Shown piece by piece: positions 11,732-42,549 of a stretch of 63,910 bases of DNA. Source of the DNA: Phoronis australis (Eukaryota > Animalia > Phoronida); the NCBI GenBank assembly GCA_002633005.1, contig NMRA01000006.1:1446532-1510441 (forward strand). Reading direction: 5' to 3'. Position 1 is the first letter of the stretch, and each line of letters begins with the position of its first letter. The position numbers and the translations under genes were made by a program. The notes under the pieces are model-generated. The model saw only the letters and a list, made by a program, of their open reading frames with translations. It did not search any database and was not told the DNA's origin.

Positions 11732-14700
11732 ATGTCGGACGACGGGCAGGTATGCTTTATGACTTGTAATTAAGTGGTTGATTTACTGCTGATGTTATAA
11801 TTTAGCATTTGGACTTGATAACACCTTCGATTTCAGTCCACGAACGATCATGCAGGACAGCCTGAACTATCAACTATCATGAGTTTATCCAGGGCTTGTG
11901 ATCGTCACAGTCGTGGTTTCCCTTTGCTCAGGTTAGGCTCAGTATCTGATTTAGGGAGTTAGTTAGCTATTGGAAATTGATTAGAAAATTGATTGGCAAT
12001 TGTCACTTAACTAGCCTACAGTCCAGAGTTACTGAGTTAGGAAACCGTGACAATCTGCCATCGATTTCCGTTCTAATTCTCATCAAAATCTCAGTTATTG
12101 CTTTGTGTGTTGAATAGATGTACCCACCCGCGTAACGAACCTGTCTGACATAACAAATCAGTAAATTTCGCTACTAATACTCGTAAAATTCTGAACTCGA
12201 GACCTGGTTCGTCAAACCAGCAAGTGAGAATTATCTAGCTCCCTCAACTGTAGCAGTTTTTAGTGCCTGCCAGAACATTCTGGTCAATAGGAAAAAGATG
12301 ACGTAAACTTTAAATTTTAAGATATGCTTTGACCCTAACATGGAGGGATTCCCAGCCTCTGTAGCAGCTGATTATTGCCCTCCCCCNATTTTGCCACTGA
12401 TTGTGGTTCAGGATTCATACTGAATCATATTACTAAGTATAAGTCAATACTTATGCTGATACCATGAATTTCAGTCTAGTCTTTTACCTGAATTTTGGAG
12501 GGCAGGCAATTGTGTCATAAAAAACTGGTGGCAGTTTAGGGCACTGGAGGCGATTTTTGACTGGAGGGTGAGAAGTTGGTGTCAGGATAGGGGAGGGGAG
12601 TCTTTGTGAAGCTAATCCTCTATGATTGTAATTATCTATTTCAATAACAAATTCAATTATTGTGAAGTTGTGAAGTCATTACTGATTTTGAAAATGCAGA
12701 CAAGAACATCATTTTTGATTATGAAACTCATTTTGCTTCATGTGAAGTTAATGCACTACTTTAACAGGCCAGTCAAGTTTTTATCTTGTATTTTTACCGA
12801 GTTATATTATTTTGCTTTCAGTCTCAAGTTGAAGAGAAAAAGCCAGGTAATGCAAATGCTTATTTACGTGAGATAAAAAAATATTCCACAATAGAAAAAA
12901 TAGAGAATGCCGCTGAGCTAGTTTTACATTATTAGAATTAAAATTTGTTGACAACTATAACAAGAAATAATTGAAATCTACAGATATAACCTAATTGATA
13001 TGCATTGATCTATCACCAAGTCTTGTCTATGCTAATCAATATTGTGGTAAAGTGTGCATGTAATCAGTTGAATTATTTGCAGTTGCTCACCTTGTTTGAG
13101 CACATAATGCCTTAAGTGCATTTCCCTTCTTGTTTTCTGTACACGCTCACTCACTCTGTTACTGCTTAAGCCTAGTCAAAGCTGGCATTGTCCTGTTGTT
13201 TTTCTTCAATTAAGGTAAGTTATAAAAACACCAATACCATAGCTTCTGTGCTGTGCTTACGTTTCTGGCCATAAACGCTATGAAAGCATCTCTCCTGTCT
13301 CACTACAAAAAGCATTCAAGGAGTCACTTACAGCAGCTGGACTTTAAAAGATTGAAAGACAGAAATAATTATTACAGAAAGTAATGAAAGGTACAGATCC
13401 TGTGAAAAAATGATGTTACCAACAACAGACTGCGATAGGAGTTGAGGCATTACCTTTTCTTATCATGTCTACAGTGCCTCATCCATAACTCTATAATTAA
13501 CCAAATATCTACAGAACTATACATTATAACTTAATACAAATACATTTTTTCTCAAAGTAGAAATCTTATAGACTTTGATTTGTACTGTATATCAATCTAC
13601 CATTAATTGGGTAATGTAACTACCGGTATGTCTTTTTTGTAAAATGTTCAAAAAACAATGGTATAGGCAGAGTAAAATAATTTGTGGTTTCAAGTACATG
13701 ACAAAATTGCATTATATAAATGTTCAAGATGAAATCTCCAAATGCTGTTTCATCTTCATTTTGTACAATATTTGATTTTTTTGTAAAAATCCTAAAAAAT
13801 CATATATTTTGATAGCCCCTTATATTATGGTGAAGTGGAAAATTTTAAAAACAAATCCCTACAGTGTTTTGGACAACCAACTATACTTTTTGGCCTAATA
13901 TCTTATTAAAACCTTTTGACTTATCTTCGTGATTATTTTTACTTCCACAGCTATGCCTATGTGTTTCTTGCATGGAACTCTTTTACTTAAAACCAGTCTA
14001 GGCACTTTTTCCCATAATTCTGCTGCACGCAACTACATCCTGTCCACTTATTTGAATGATGTATCTGCTCAATAACCATAAAACCGCAGCAACCTCAGTT
14101 TCAAGCAATGAGGTGATGGTCTCTTCCACGATATTTTTATGTTCATTTCTCTTGTAGAACATAATGTTATTATTATTATTAACAGAAACTCATGAGAGTG
14201 AAGAAAAGAAAGGTATGCTTTACTGTCAAACACATGATTTTTTATGATAGTTAGTAAGAATTAATCTGACTATTGCTGTCTCCAATATGGTTGTAAAATA
14301 AACAAAAAATTGGTTCGTTGTAAAATATAAACACCTAATTAATTAGTTGCAATTGCGAGTGAGCCTCGCTTCTTTATCAATCAAAATATGATCAATATTA
14401 CATTCCACATAAAGTAATTGTTGGCTTTACAAAAGTATGCGCATTACTTAAAAACCATTGAATTTAGCTATTCATTTGCTTGCCAGAGGAACCGACAGAT
14501 TCCCAAGAAAAGGGAGCGAAAAAGAAAGGTGAGTATGATGTGCATTTGCAGTCCACAAATTTCTGAAAACCTATGGCACGTGTAACGATACAAAAATCTT
14601 TTGGATGGCAATTCTTCACTTATTTTGCACAAAAGTAATTTTTCATTTTTTTGAAGGCTGATTACCTTGCTGTAGGGTACTTTACCAAATGTTGTTTGAC

Positions 14701-17700
14701 GACATCCACACGGTACAAACAATGCTAGCAAATGACTAAGTTTTCTTAATAATTACATTTTAAGGAGAAATTTGACAGAGTAGAATTTCACTTATTGACC
14801 ACATTGATAGCTAAATAAGCGAAGAATAACCATACTTCACAGAGCTCAAAATGATAGTCATTGTGGCACCAGCGAGACTGCAAGGGCCACCTCTATAGAT
14901 GCACACATTCAGGTATGTTTGTCGCTTGGCCTATCAACACCCTCAAGCTGGGGAAGAGCTTCTCTATCGCTGTTCAAATACAGAAACACCACCTAGTGAA
15001 CAAATAACGAGTCTCCCAACGTATCTTCTGTTTACGACATCACTTGGAAATGGTTATTATGTTGCCATTAGGCTTGAGTGTTGTATTTATGGGCTGAGCA
15101 TTATGTAAGTACAAACTTAAGAAATAGCAATTGAGGCCCCACTTTTTGATATTTATTGTTCATTTGATGCTTATCATTTCCAGATACTGTCACACTTCTG
15201 TAAATGTTTTCTGCAATTGTCATGTTTTACTTGAAGTTGTGGGCTCTGAAAGTCTGCAATTTTCTATTTATTATGATTGATTTGATTTCATTCCTGTTAG
15301 CTTACTAGTACTGTTCTGTAAATGTTTTTCACTGTGGTCACACTTTTAGAGTCATTATTTCTATACGTGCTGGTGATGGTTTCATTTCATCTGACTGGTG
15401 GGTGCCCGTTGATTTCTGAACCCTTCTGTCCTCGACTGAGGCAGGGCCACTAATTTTGTGGGCTTAAGCTGTAACTTGACAATTTGCTTGTGCGTGTATC
15501 AATACTACATTTTTGCCAAAATTATCCATTTAAACAATGAGTATCACAGAAAGATCTAGGATGTCGTAAGTGTTATAAGTGTGAGATTGCAACCACAATC
15601 TTGGAGAGAAAATGTCCGTGTATACCTGTCCTCACTAAAATGGCATGCTGACATTGTTTGGTCATGTCTGCAACAGAGCCCAGGGTCTCATGCACGCCTG
15701 GTAATTCCGCCAATGATTATCATTAAAACAGTATTGACAGCTTACACTTTTGCCGGACAATCCAACAATAGGAGCAATCTCAAGTACCCCTGGGAACCTA
15801 GCAGTCTGCTTGTTTATGTTTTCGCTGTTTACTGTTTCTTGCTTGGCTTTCCTTTCCTCACGCTTGGTGTCTCTGTCTTCCACTTCCTGCAGTTAAAGTG
15901 TCTGGTTGGTCTGCAGCCTCACCGGAGCCTCCCAAAGATAAAGAAGATCAGCGGCGAGAATACTTCCAGACAGAACTCAAACGACTGCAAAAGAATCTTA
16001 AAAATGAGAAGACGAAAATCAAAACACCCCCTTGGTAAGTCAGCAGTAGATACTGAATTTTGTAAGCAGAAAAATCTTGCAAGTAAAGATGCCATCACAG
16101 GCTTTGCTTGTAATGCATGGCGATGTATTGTGGAGACTTAGCACCAGGTAAATAGATGGATTGCAGTTTACCATTGGTATGCGCTGCACCTATATACCTT
16201 TAGCTGGCTTTGCCTCAATCTGAAGATTTTTTTATTTAAAGCTAAGGAAAGTACACCAAGTGTACACCTGAAATCTCCAACATTAGTTCTTGTTGCACCG
16301 TGATAGAGAAAATTTAATGTCAATAAAAGGGAGACTCGTTGCCTGTCCTGCTTGTAAACAATTTAATTTGTCACTACTGGATATTGCACACATTTCGTTG
16401 CCAGAATGCATCGCAGTGTGTTATCTAATGGCAATTGAAATACACCAAACGTCCACTGTTTGTCTTAATGTCCACCTGTGAAATTTCTGGGAAACTTGAT
16501 CATTTATGGCCAAAAACAGCAAAATTGGTTCTGGGGTTTTCCTGACTCATTTTAAAACCTATGTCTCAATAACCAAAGATGAAAAGAGCCCGTCTGCATC
16601 GGTTTTAACAAAGTTCTTTTTTTCAAAAGATGCACCTACATATATATGTATGGTAGTGGCTTGGCTATTTATAGAGACAATCATCTCTTTTATATGACCT
16701 TCAAAGGCAAGTCAGTGATGTAGTTTTGAGTCACGGTCAACTTCTGGATCCCTGGGCCCGGTCTCTAATCTTTGTACTCGAAACGAACTCGAAACTATTT
16801 TTAGCAATTTCTCTGCTCCTTTTGTCAGTGCAAACTTAAGATAATTGGTTATCAGACTGTGCTCGAATACATTATAGTTTATGCATAGGAGTTTCTAGTT
16901 CAAGTTTGCCCTTGAAGACCCTTATATTCATGCTACAAACCCGAGTAAAAACTCAAAATTTCGAGTTCAAACTCGAACTTATTGCTTTAATATTGGGTTT
17001 GCAAACTGTGAACTAAGGGCAATAAATTATCTATGTAAGTTATTGTGTACTCGAGCATAGAATAATAGACACTTATCTTGAGTTCGCCCAAAAGTAGAGT
17101 AGAAAATGCCAAACCTAATTTCGAGTTCCATTTCGAGTAAAAAGATTGGAGACCGGGCCCTGGTCAACCAGAGTGTAGTGAAGCTGGAAATAAAATCTTG
17201 TGCCACTCCATTCGTTTGAATAAACAACTAAAAATATACGTACCATGACCAATTACGCTATTTTGGTCACATTTATTATAATTGTTTCTTGTGTGACAGC
17301 TCATCGCTTTTCATGTATAAATTGCACTTAAAATGTACACCAACTGCTTCTAGTTTAGAAACGCACCATTCACTAAGATTATTTTAGTTACTGATAGACC
17401 TTAACAAAAACCGTACGCAGTCCATATATGGCTAAGCTCTGAGGTAAAAAAAATGTGGGATTGAAAATGACCTAGTCTGTGATCTCAAGCCCACTCTCAG
17501 AAGTCATATATGGAGCTGGGTGGATTGTTCTAGCTCTTGGCCATTTTGGCCTAAAGTCTATAAGCCGGTGCCAATCTTTTTGTGCAGTTGGGTACATTTT
17601 AATTGTAGGAAGTGACTATATGGCAGCTCTGTGTTTGATTCTAGCAAGGAGTATACACCTTACATCCACAACCCACTAACACCATACTTCACTACAGATA

Positions 17701-20700
17701 CAGCAGAGAAGGTTTTCAATGAGGTAAAATATGTGATTTTTATGCAGACTGCAAAAGCATTCGTGTACAGTACAAACCAAAAGTGTTCCGACAAAATGAT
17801 CTGGAATTCCCGCCGTCATGATCGCTGGGTAGAAGCCGAATTCATAGTCCGACATAAGCCTTTTTTCAGGGAATTATCAGAAGTTAGTAACTGGATGGCT
17901 AAGCTGTTCTGTCATTAGAACTTTACCAGCTTTATTGTTACCAGTAATTTTTTGCTGTTAGCCGTCATGATGAGAAATTATATTTTGTCTCTGATTCATG
18001 TTACTTTTTTATGGTACGGAAATTACCAATGAATTACGGATGGACGGCGTTATCGACATTGTGACTTTACGCGTCAAACTGGCAATTTCTGTAACGTCCT
18101 TGACCTCGAGCCGTCCAAGATGGAAGTGTGTTTGGGCTTTTTGTGAACAGTTTTGTTCTTTGACTGCGAATTTCTTACGAAGTCACTGGAACAGGACACC
18201 GTGAATGGTATTGGAAGAAAGAATAATTCTTGCCAATGGTTTGTTGAAACCTTGTTTTGTGTAAATTTATTGAGTTTTATGTTTGCTATGGAGGGCTGAA
18301 GTGAAGCACTCGTGGAATTTCTAGTCGGGAGTGTCATACCTTGTAGTATTATATGTAGTGCATTGGGGACGATCAGCTGAGGACGCCTGTAGTCTTAACA
18401 AGAACTTTCCTTAATTACAGGCATCAGTCAAGAAGTGTTTCTCCAGCCGACCCACAGCTATTGGTTTGTGTGACCCATGGGTTGACCATAAAATGGACGT
18501 AGAGACATTAGAATATGTAGAAAGTCAACCACCGGTCAAATTCAAGGAAATTGGGTAAGACAGCTGGATGTACTGAAAGTCGAGAAATACTCTCCTTTGC
18601 GGTGATGCTTAAATTCATTTATAGCTGCTTTTTTGGCAGTTAATTAGCTTTTTTGCAATAAAGGGCACAATTAGTTTTGCAGCAAAATGCATTTTGGGAT
18701 TATCGTTGAATGGGATAGACTTCTTGAAGGTTTGACCAGAGTTATAAAGCAATAAAGTCCGTTGTGTCATTGTGATTTTTTTACCATAGTCAGCGTTTCT
18801 CGCCGTTACCCTGCCAGCTATTCACGGAAATCAACGGAGGTGGCTTTACTAGTTAAATAAACTTTGAACATTACTATGTTATTTATCAAGTGGGATTCGC
18901 TAATTCTATCATCAGAGCGTGGGGTGGATGTGAGTTTGATTCCCCTTTTGGCTATTCTCGGAAAGCCACTTTCTCACCCATAATATCACTTTAAGTCAGA
19001 CAATTATTCCCCTTTTTTATTGTTGGGTCTTACATTGTAGGTCTGTTACGAGCATACCATACCATCTGTGTGTTTAGGCAGATTTGAACAAAACTGATAT
19101 CATTTAATTCAGTAAAAGTAACCAAAAATGAATTTGGAAGTTGATAAACAGTGGCATTGTAGTTGACTGTAATATAAAGGTCCTAATTTTCAAAATCTCT
19201 TGATGTAAAAGTGAAATATTTCAAGTTAAACAAAACTGCTAATATTGTTTTCGACGATAGTGCATGAATCATATCTGAAAGTTTCATTTGGAATACGATC
19301 GGTAATTTCTGAAATACGATGTGCTCCTAAAAGTTGGCCATTTTTCTCATAACCTCAAATTGCTGCTCAGAGATTTGATTAGCAGGGGACTTATTTCAAA
19401 TATTGTGCTCATTATTTATTGGGTAATGGTTGGACACAATGTGCCCGAATTTTGAGAACCAGTTTTCTCCATTGAATAACGGGCATCAGACTGGTTCTCA
19501 CAATATGGGCACGTTATGTCCGAATATTGCCATTTATTTCACATGGCTGGATATGCTTTCTAAGAAATTACAAGATATAGTTATGCGTTTCCTTCATTTA
19601 CTTACATGACATCATGTATCTTGTGCATATCAGAAGAAACTGATCATTCACTGAAACGCACAACCTTTATCATGGAACCATTTTTCTTTTTAGTTTACGA
19701 AAGGCTGGTGGTAAGCAATATGAGGGAAGCACACGTCTGCCGAAGTATCCTGCCGTTTCCATAGAAAAACCAGAGCTTGCCAACAGTAAAGATTTAAACT
19801 ACGGCGACGTTCCACAGCTGAGGTAAGTTAAGCATGGTAAAATGTCACAAATTTTGACCAAAAATAATTACCAAAATTGAGGTCTAACGTTGTGAATGCC
19901 AAACAATATTTCAAACATTGTCTGATGATAGTTATGGTACCAAACTTGAACATAGGAATTAAGAAAGCATTAATTTGGTGCTACATATTTTTACGAAATA
20001 AAAAGAGAAAACAACGCAACATTTATCTGCCATATTTTGCCTAAATTGGTGTGAATTTGCCATAATGTAATGAAATATAAAAAATACTTAGTGAAGATCC
20101 CTTTTGCAAGAACTGTACCTTGATGTGGTAAGTGTAGTCGATTCGTCCATATCTCACAGACTTGATTTACCACTGGGTGCGCTCTCTGTGGTTGTAGAAT
20201 AACATGATAAAAACAGTACCGGGAGTCTCTGGTACTGTACTTTGACTCCAAAAGGGATCTTCAAGTAGTAACAGATTGTGAAAAATTCAAATGATCCCTT
20301 TTCAGTAAGGTTGCAAAAACTTAAATCCTGTCAAAGTGTGTCAAGTTCTCATGGCGTAGGATGTTTTCTTTGTTAGGTATAGATAGACCTATCTCACTTT
20401 TAAAATTACAAAAAGTCTCTAAGTACACGACTACTCCTGGCATGCATAAGAGTAGTAACAAAGCTGTTTTTTCTATTTTTTAAAACTGGAAATAGTAAAT
20501 TTTGGAAAAATCTTACACCTTTGGTATGGTTCAGTTGCTTAGAATCAAATGTTCAATGTATGCTACTGTTGCATCACCTCAATCAAGCCAAGAATTGTAT
20601 GATGACATTTGACTTACCTCAACTTCCAGCTGCTGCATGGTAGTTTGGTAATTGGTCCAATTATGTTGCACACCCAGTAGAATTAAAAATTGAAAACCTA

Positions 20701-21934
20701 ATCGCATGTGCTTTTCATGAACTGTTCAGATATACTATTTACAAGCTTTCGAAATGAAAATTTAAAAATACCGGTACTATTGTCACCCCCAATGTTTTTA
20801 TGATGGGTCTCATTATCTAGCATCATCATCATTATCATTACATCAGCAGCCTGAGGTGATTTAATTAACCAAAACAGCATGGTGTCTTTGATCTAAACAA
20901 GCAGATTCTGAGGTACGCAAACCTTTCGAGTCGCTTGATCTCGACCGGTTATGGTGTCAAAGTAGGATTCTTTTCATGATTAGTGAGTACATCGGATCGG
21001 CCTGCAAACCGTTTTCGGATTCATGGTTGGTGTCCTTAGACTTGGTCAGAGTCAGTCTTTTCTTGTTTAGTCACAATTGCTACCGTACTCATCCAACTCA
21101 ACGCTCAGTGTGCTGAAAGTGGGGTATTCAAAAACCAGAGGGTGGATGTTAGTCTGAAATGTCAGGGATAGGTGTTTACCAGAATGGTAAATTTGTGTAA
21201 ACGAATCGGACTTGGGTGCACGATTTGAAAGATAAAAACAAAGTACGGGTATTTTCCCACTCCATGAAGGCATCGTGCAAATATCGTACATTTTGGGAGC
21301 TAAAATTTGCACGAGACAGACATTCATAACGAGATAGGCCTTTTTAATGGAAGTCTCCATCATGTTAATGGGGGTGGGCAGTCAGCCAAGAACGAGCATT
21401 CAAAATGGAAATGTGGAACTTTCGTGGGTGAGTGTTAAGCCTTACATGAGCTTTACACAGACAAGTACTGTAATTTTAGGGTTACATGAAGGTATACGCA
21501 ATGAGTTCATGGTGATCGAAGCACGTATTTCTCGATTTGATTGCAGGAAGGAACTAAAAGAAAAGACATCGTCGAAGTCGAGCAGCAAGCTGAAGGCAGA
21601 TTATAAACGGACAAAGAACGACTTTTACAGGATGGATCTCGATAAACTAAATGAGGTCCATCCCTTGAACCGAGGGCATATGAAGGATGCTTACTATGCA
21701 TATTTACAAAATACTCCAGGATCGAAAAAGGCAATCCGTGAATGCGTACAAGAAGTTGAGGGAGACGGAGAACAGGAGCATGAAGACGAAGAAGAAATGG
21801 AGGACAAGAAAGGAAGTGAAGCTGACCAGGAAAAGGAAGATGGAGGTGATAGTAAGGAGAAGGCCGAGGATGGAGGGAATGATGGAGAGACGGAGGATCA
21901 AGAGAAAGATGAAGAACAAAAGGAAGAGGAATGA
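11732..21934 (+). CDS. Unrecognised protein, 327 aa, 9 exons, charged N-terminus and Glu/Asp-rich C-terminal tail
   Basis: Exons 11732-11749, 12822-12846, 14186-14212, 14487-14528, 15893-16034, 17645-17723, 18421-18554, 19694-19822 and 21547-21934. All are GT-AG, and the phases chain into a 984-nt ORF: MSDDGQSQVEEKKPETHESEEKKEEPTDSQEKGAKKKVKVSGW...TRLPKYP...DFYRMDLDKLNEVHPLNRGHMKDAYYAYLQNTPGSKKAIREC...EEE*. Candidate AATAAA at ~23209. Confidence 0.8.
16755..17159. mobile_element. MITE with ~40-bp TIRs and CTG target-site duplication (PIF/Harbinger-like)
   Basis: Left end GGCCCGGTCTCTAATCTTTGTACTCGAAACGAACTCGAAA, right end TTTCGAGTTCCATTTCGAGTAAAAAGATTGGAGACCGGGCC. Flanked by CTG at 16752-16754 and 17160-17162. 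Confidence 0.8.
17785..17980 (+). repeat. Dispersed repeat family (GACAAAATGA...AATTCCC.CC.TCATGA...GCTGGGT.GAAGCC.AATTCA)
   Basis: Related copies at ~62238-62450 (same strand) and ~48190-48245 (reverse). Confidence 0.6.
19422..19531. repeat. Palindromic ~110-bp MITE-like element, copy 3
   Basis: GGTAATGGTTGGACACAATGTGCCCGAATTTTGAGAACCAGT ... ACTGGTTCTCACAATATGGGCACGTTATGTCCGAATATTGCC forms an imperfect ~42-bp inverted repeat. Confidence 0.75.
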
Positions 21935-23568
21935 TTGGTTGACGTGGTGCAAGAAATCAAAAGGCTGAAATATCTGCTGTGAACTTGTAAGTGAAGGAAC
22001 TATGTAAACAATTCAGTGACAAAACCACAAAACCTGGAGAGCGTTCCTTTGACAAAATTTTTTGCGAAACAAACCAGACCTCACAAAATTACACAAGTGA
22101 AAGGCGAGTGTTTTGTAAGTATGCTCGGTAACTCATTAGTCTTTCCTTGCTAAGTGGCAGCCACAGAAGTGATTGGTTGGCGAGGTTGAGATGTTTAACT
22201 ATAGGATTGAATTCAAGCGAAAGCTTGCAGTCTACGAAGCAGTCTTCTGAACAATATTTATCGAACTGACATGAGCATTTCATGAGGACTGAAAGGTTGC
22301 TTCGTTGTTGTAGGCTTCTTAAAGGAACAAGTTTTGTGGTTTGCTGTAATGGCTCGTTTGCTCAGCCACATAAGAGAAATGACTTGATTTTGTGTTGCAA
22401 TGTGGTGAAATTGCATTCCTTCTCAAAAGGGCTATGAAACTTAAGTATATGTCTGCTGGCCAAGCCATATATGCAGTATGTGACTTTATATGTTGTCTTG
22501 TTTTTTCTTTTTTTAACTTGTTTTTCAACTAGAATTGAGAGGAATCCTATTGAAAAGTGTCAGTGAAATCGGGTTTGACCAAGAAGGCTCGAGTAGTCGC
22601 TTTTACAGCAGCGGGTTGACATTTGCTCATCACATGGTCAAAATTGTTTATTTCAATCATGGTAAAATCTTATTTCCAACAAAAACAACTGCCTGAATTG
22701 ATGGGTTTTTCAATTACTTTCAGCAATTGTGCAAATGCCCACAATTTTTCGCTTTGTGATTCTTATGGTATAGGACTTAAAGCATTTATTGGTACTTCAC
22801 ATCTTTTACGACAAAATTTCATCTGTTAGGGCACATATGTAGGTAAGACAGCACTGAAAGGTGAGCGGGCATCATTACCTTCTGTCTCGGGCAGTGACAA
22901 CCCTGGTTGCGCCAGTATCAATCACATTGTGTCCTAAATTTGCGGTTTCGCTGTACTAGCGCAGCTATTTTATGATGAATTCTTGCGAGTTTCATGGCAA
23001 TCCTTCGGGCAACCTACTGTGTGTTCATTATTGTCACTTATTGCCTGGCATTTTTATTATGCACAAGCACACGAGGTGTTTTGTTTACATTCATTGAACT
23101 TGAGAACAAGTCTAGGACTTGTGTCTCGTAACCTACTTCAGTCGATTCCGATCCACATTTATACCATCTGTGGCAACTTTTGAAAGCTTGTATGAGAACA
23201 TAATACTTAATAAAACTGTGATATTACATTGAACATGATCTCGTCTTTGACATTTATCATATTATTACCCCGTTGTAAAACTATATCCACTTTTGTAAAA
23301 ACTTAAAAATATTCCATTTATTTGATAAGCTTCCTCACAGAGTGTAGACTATCCTACCACAGAGAATTACATTGCTCGCGTCAACCATGAAACTATACTG
23401 TTTGTAAGACAATAACAACCTGACAATCTCTTTAAGTAGTGTTACGAGCGTGCACAAGAAACTTGAAACCAAAAAGTCAAATAGAAACAACAATCGGATA
23501 CCCTTTAAGGTTTACTGTTTTTTATTTTTATTTTAATTTTTACATATAATTTTTACAAATTGTGGGAT

Positions 23569-31054
<7,486 letters not shown>

Positions 31055-31385
31055 ATTGAAAATTAAAGAGGAAGGACATTGGGAAGAGCATTGTGGGATA
31101 TGGAACAGTCTCGTTCATTTCTCGTTTCACTTGTAAGTTTTTGCCCTACAGTATAGCAACAGAAGAATTTCAGATATTGTTGACAAACATTACATCTTTA
31201 GAATTAATTCTTAAGCTATACTGATGAAGTTAAATGATAAATAAATGTCAACAAATACAAATCTTTTACCAAAACGGAAAGAGGTCACGTGATCTTTTAC
31301 GAGACTTGAAACATAGCAACCAAAACACACTGCAAGTTCGGTGACTTTTTCGGTCTAAGTGGTCATCCATTTTCACGGCATAACG
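31055..31385. promoter_or_regulatory. Bidirectional promoter shared by RPL11 and DRC1
   Basis: The two ATGs are 331 bp apart. A minus-strand pyrimidine tract CCTTCCTCTTT (~31075-31065) resembles the TCT/5'TOP start of RP genes. Also present: TCCCACAATGC (reverse, ~31088-31098, ZNF143/Staf-like), TAGCAAC X-box half-sites at ~31154 and ~31314, and an E-box TCACGTGA at ~31285. Confidence 0.7.

Positions 31386-42549
<11,164 letters not shown>

Noticed and set aside
15581-16141. 186-aa ORF with a hydrophobic stretch
   Set aside because: The real exon (15893-16034) is in a different frame, and the hydrophobic part is the polypyrimidine tract.
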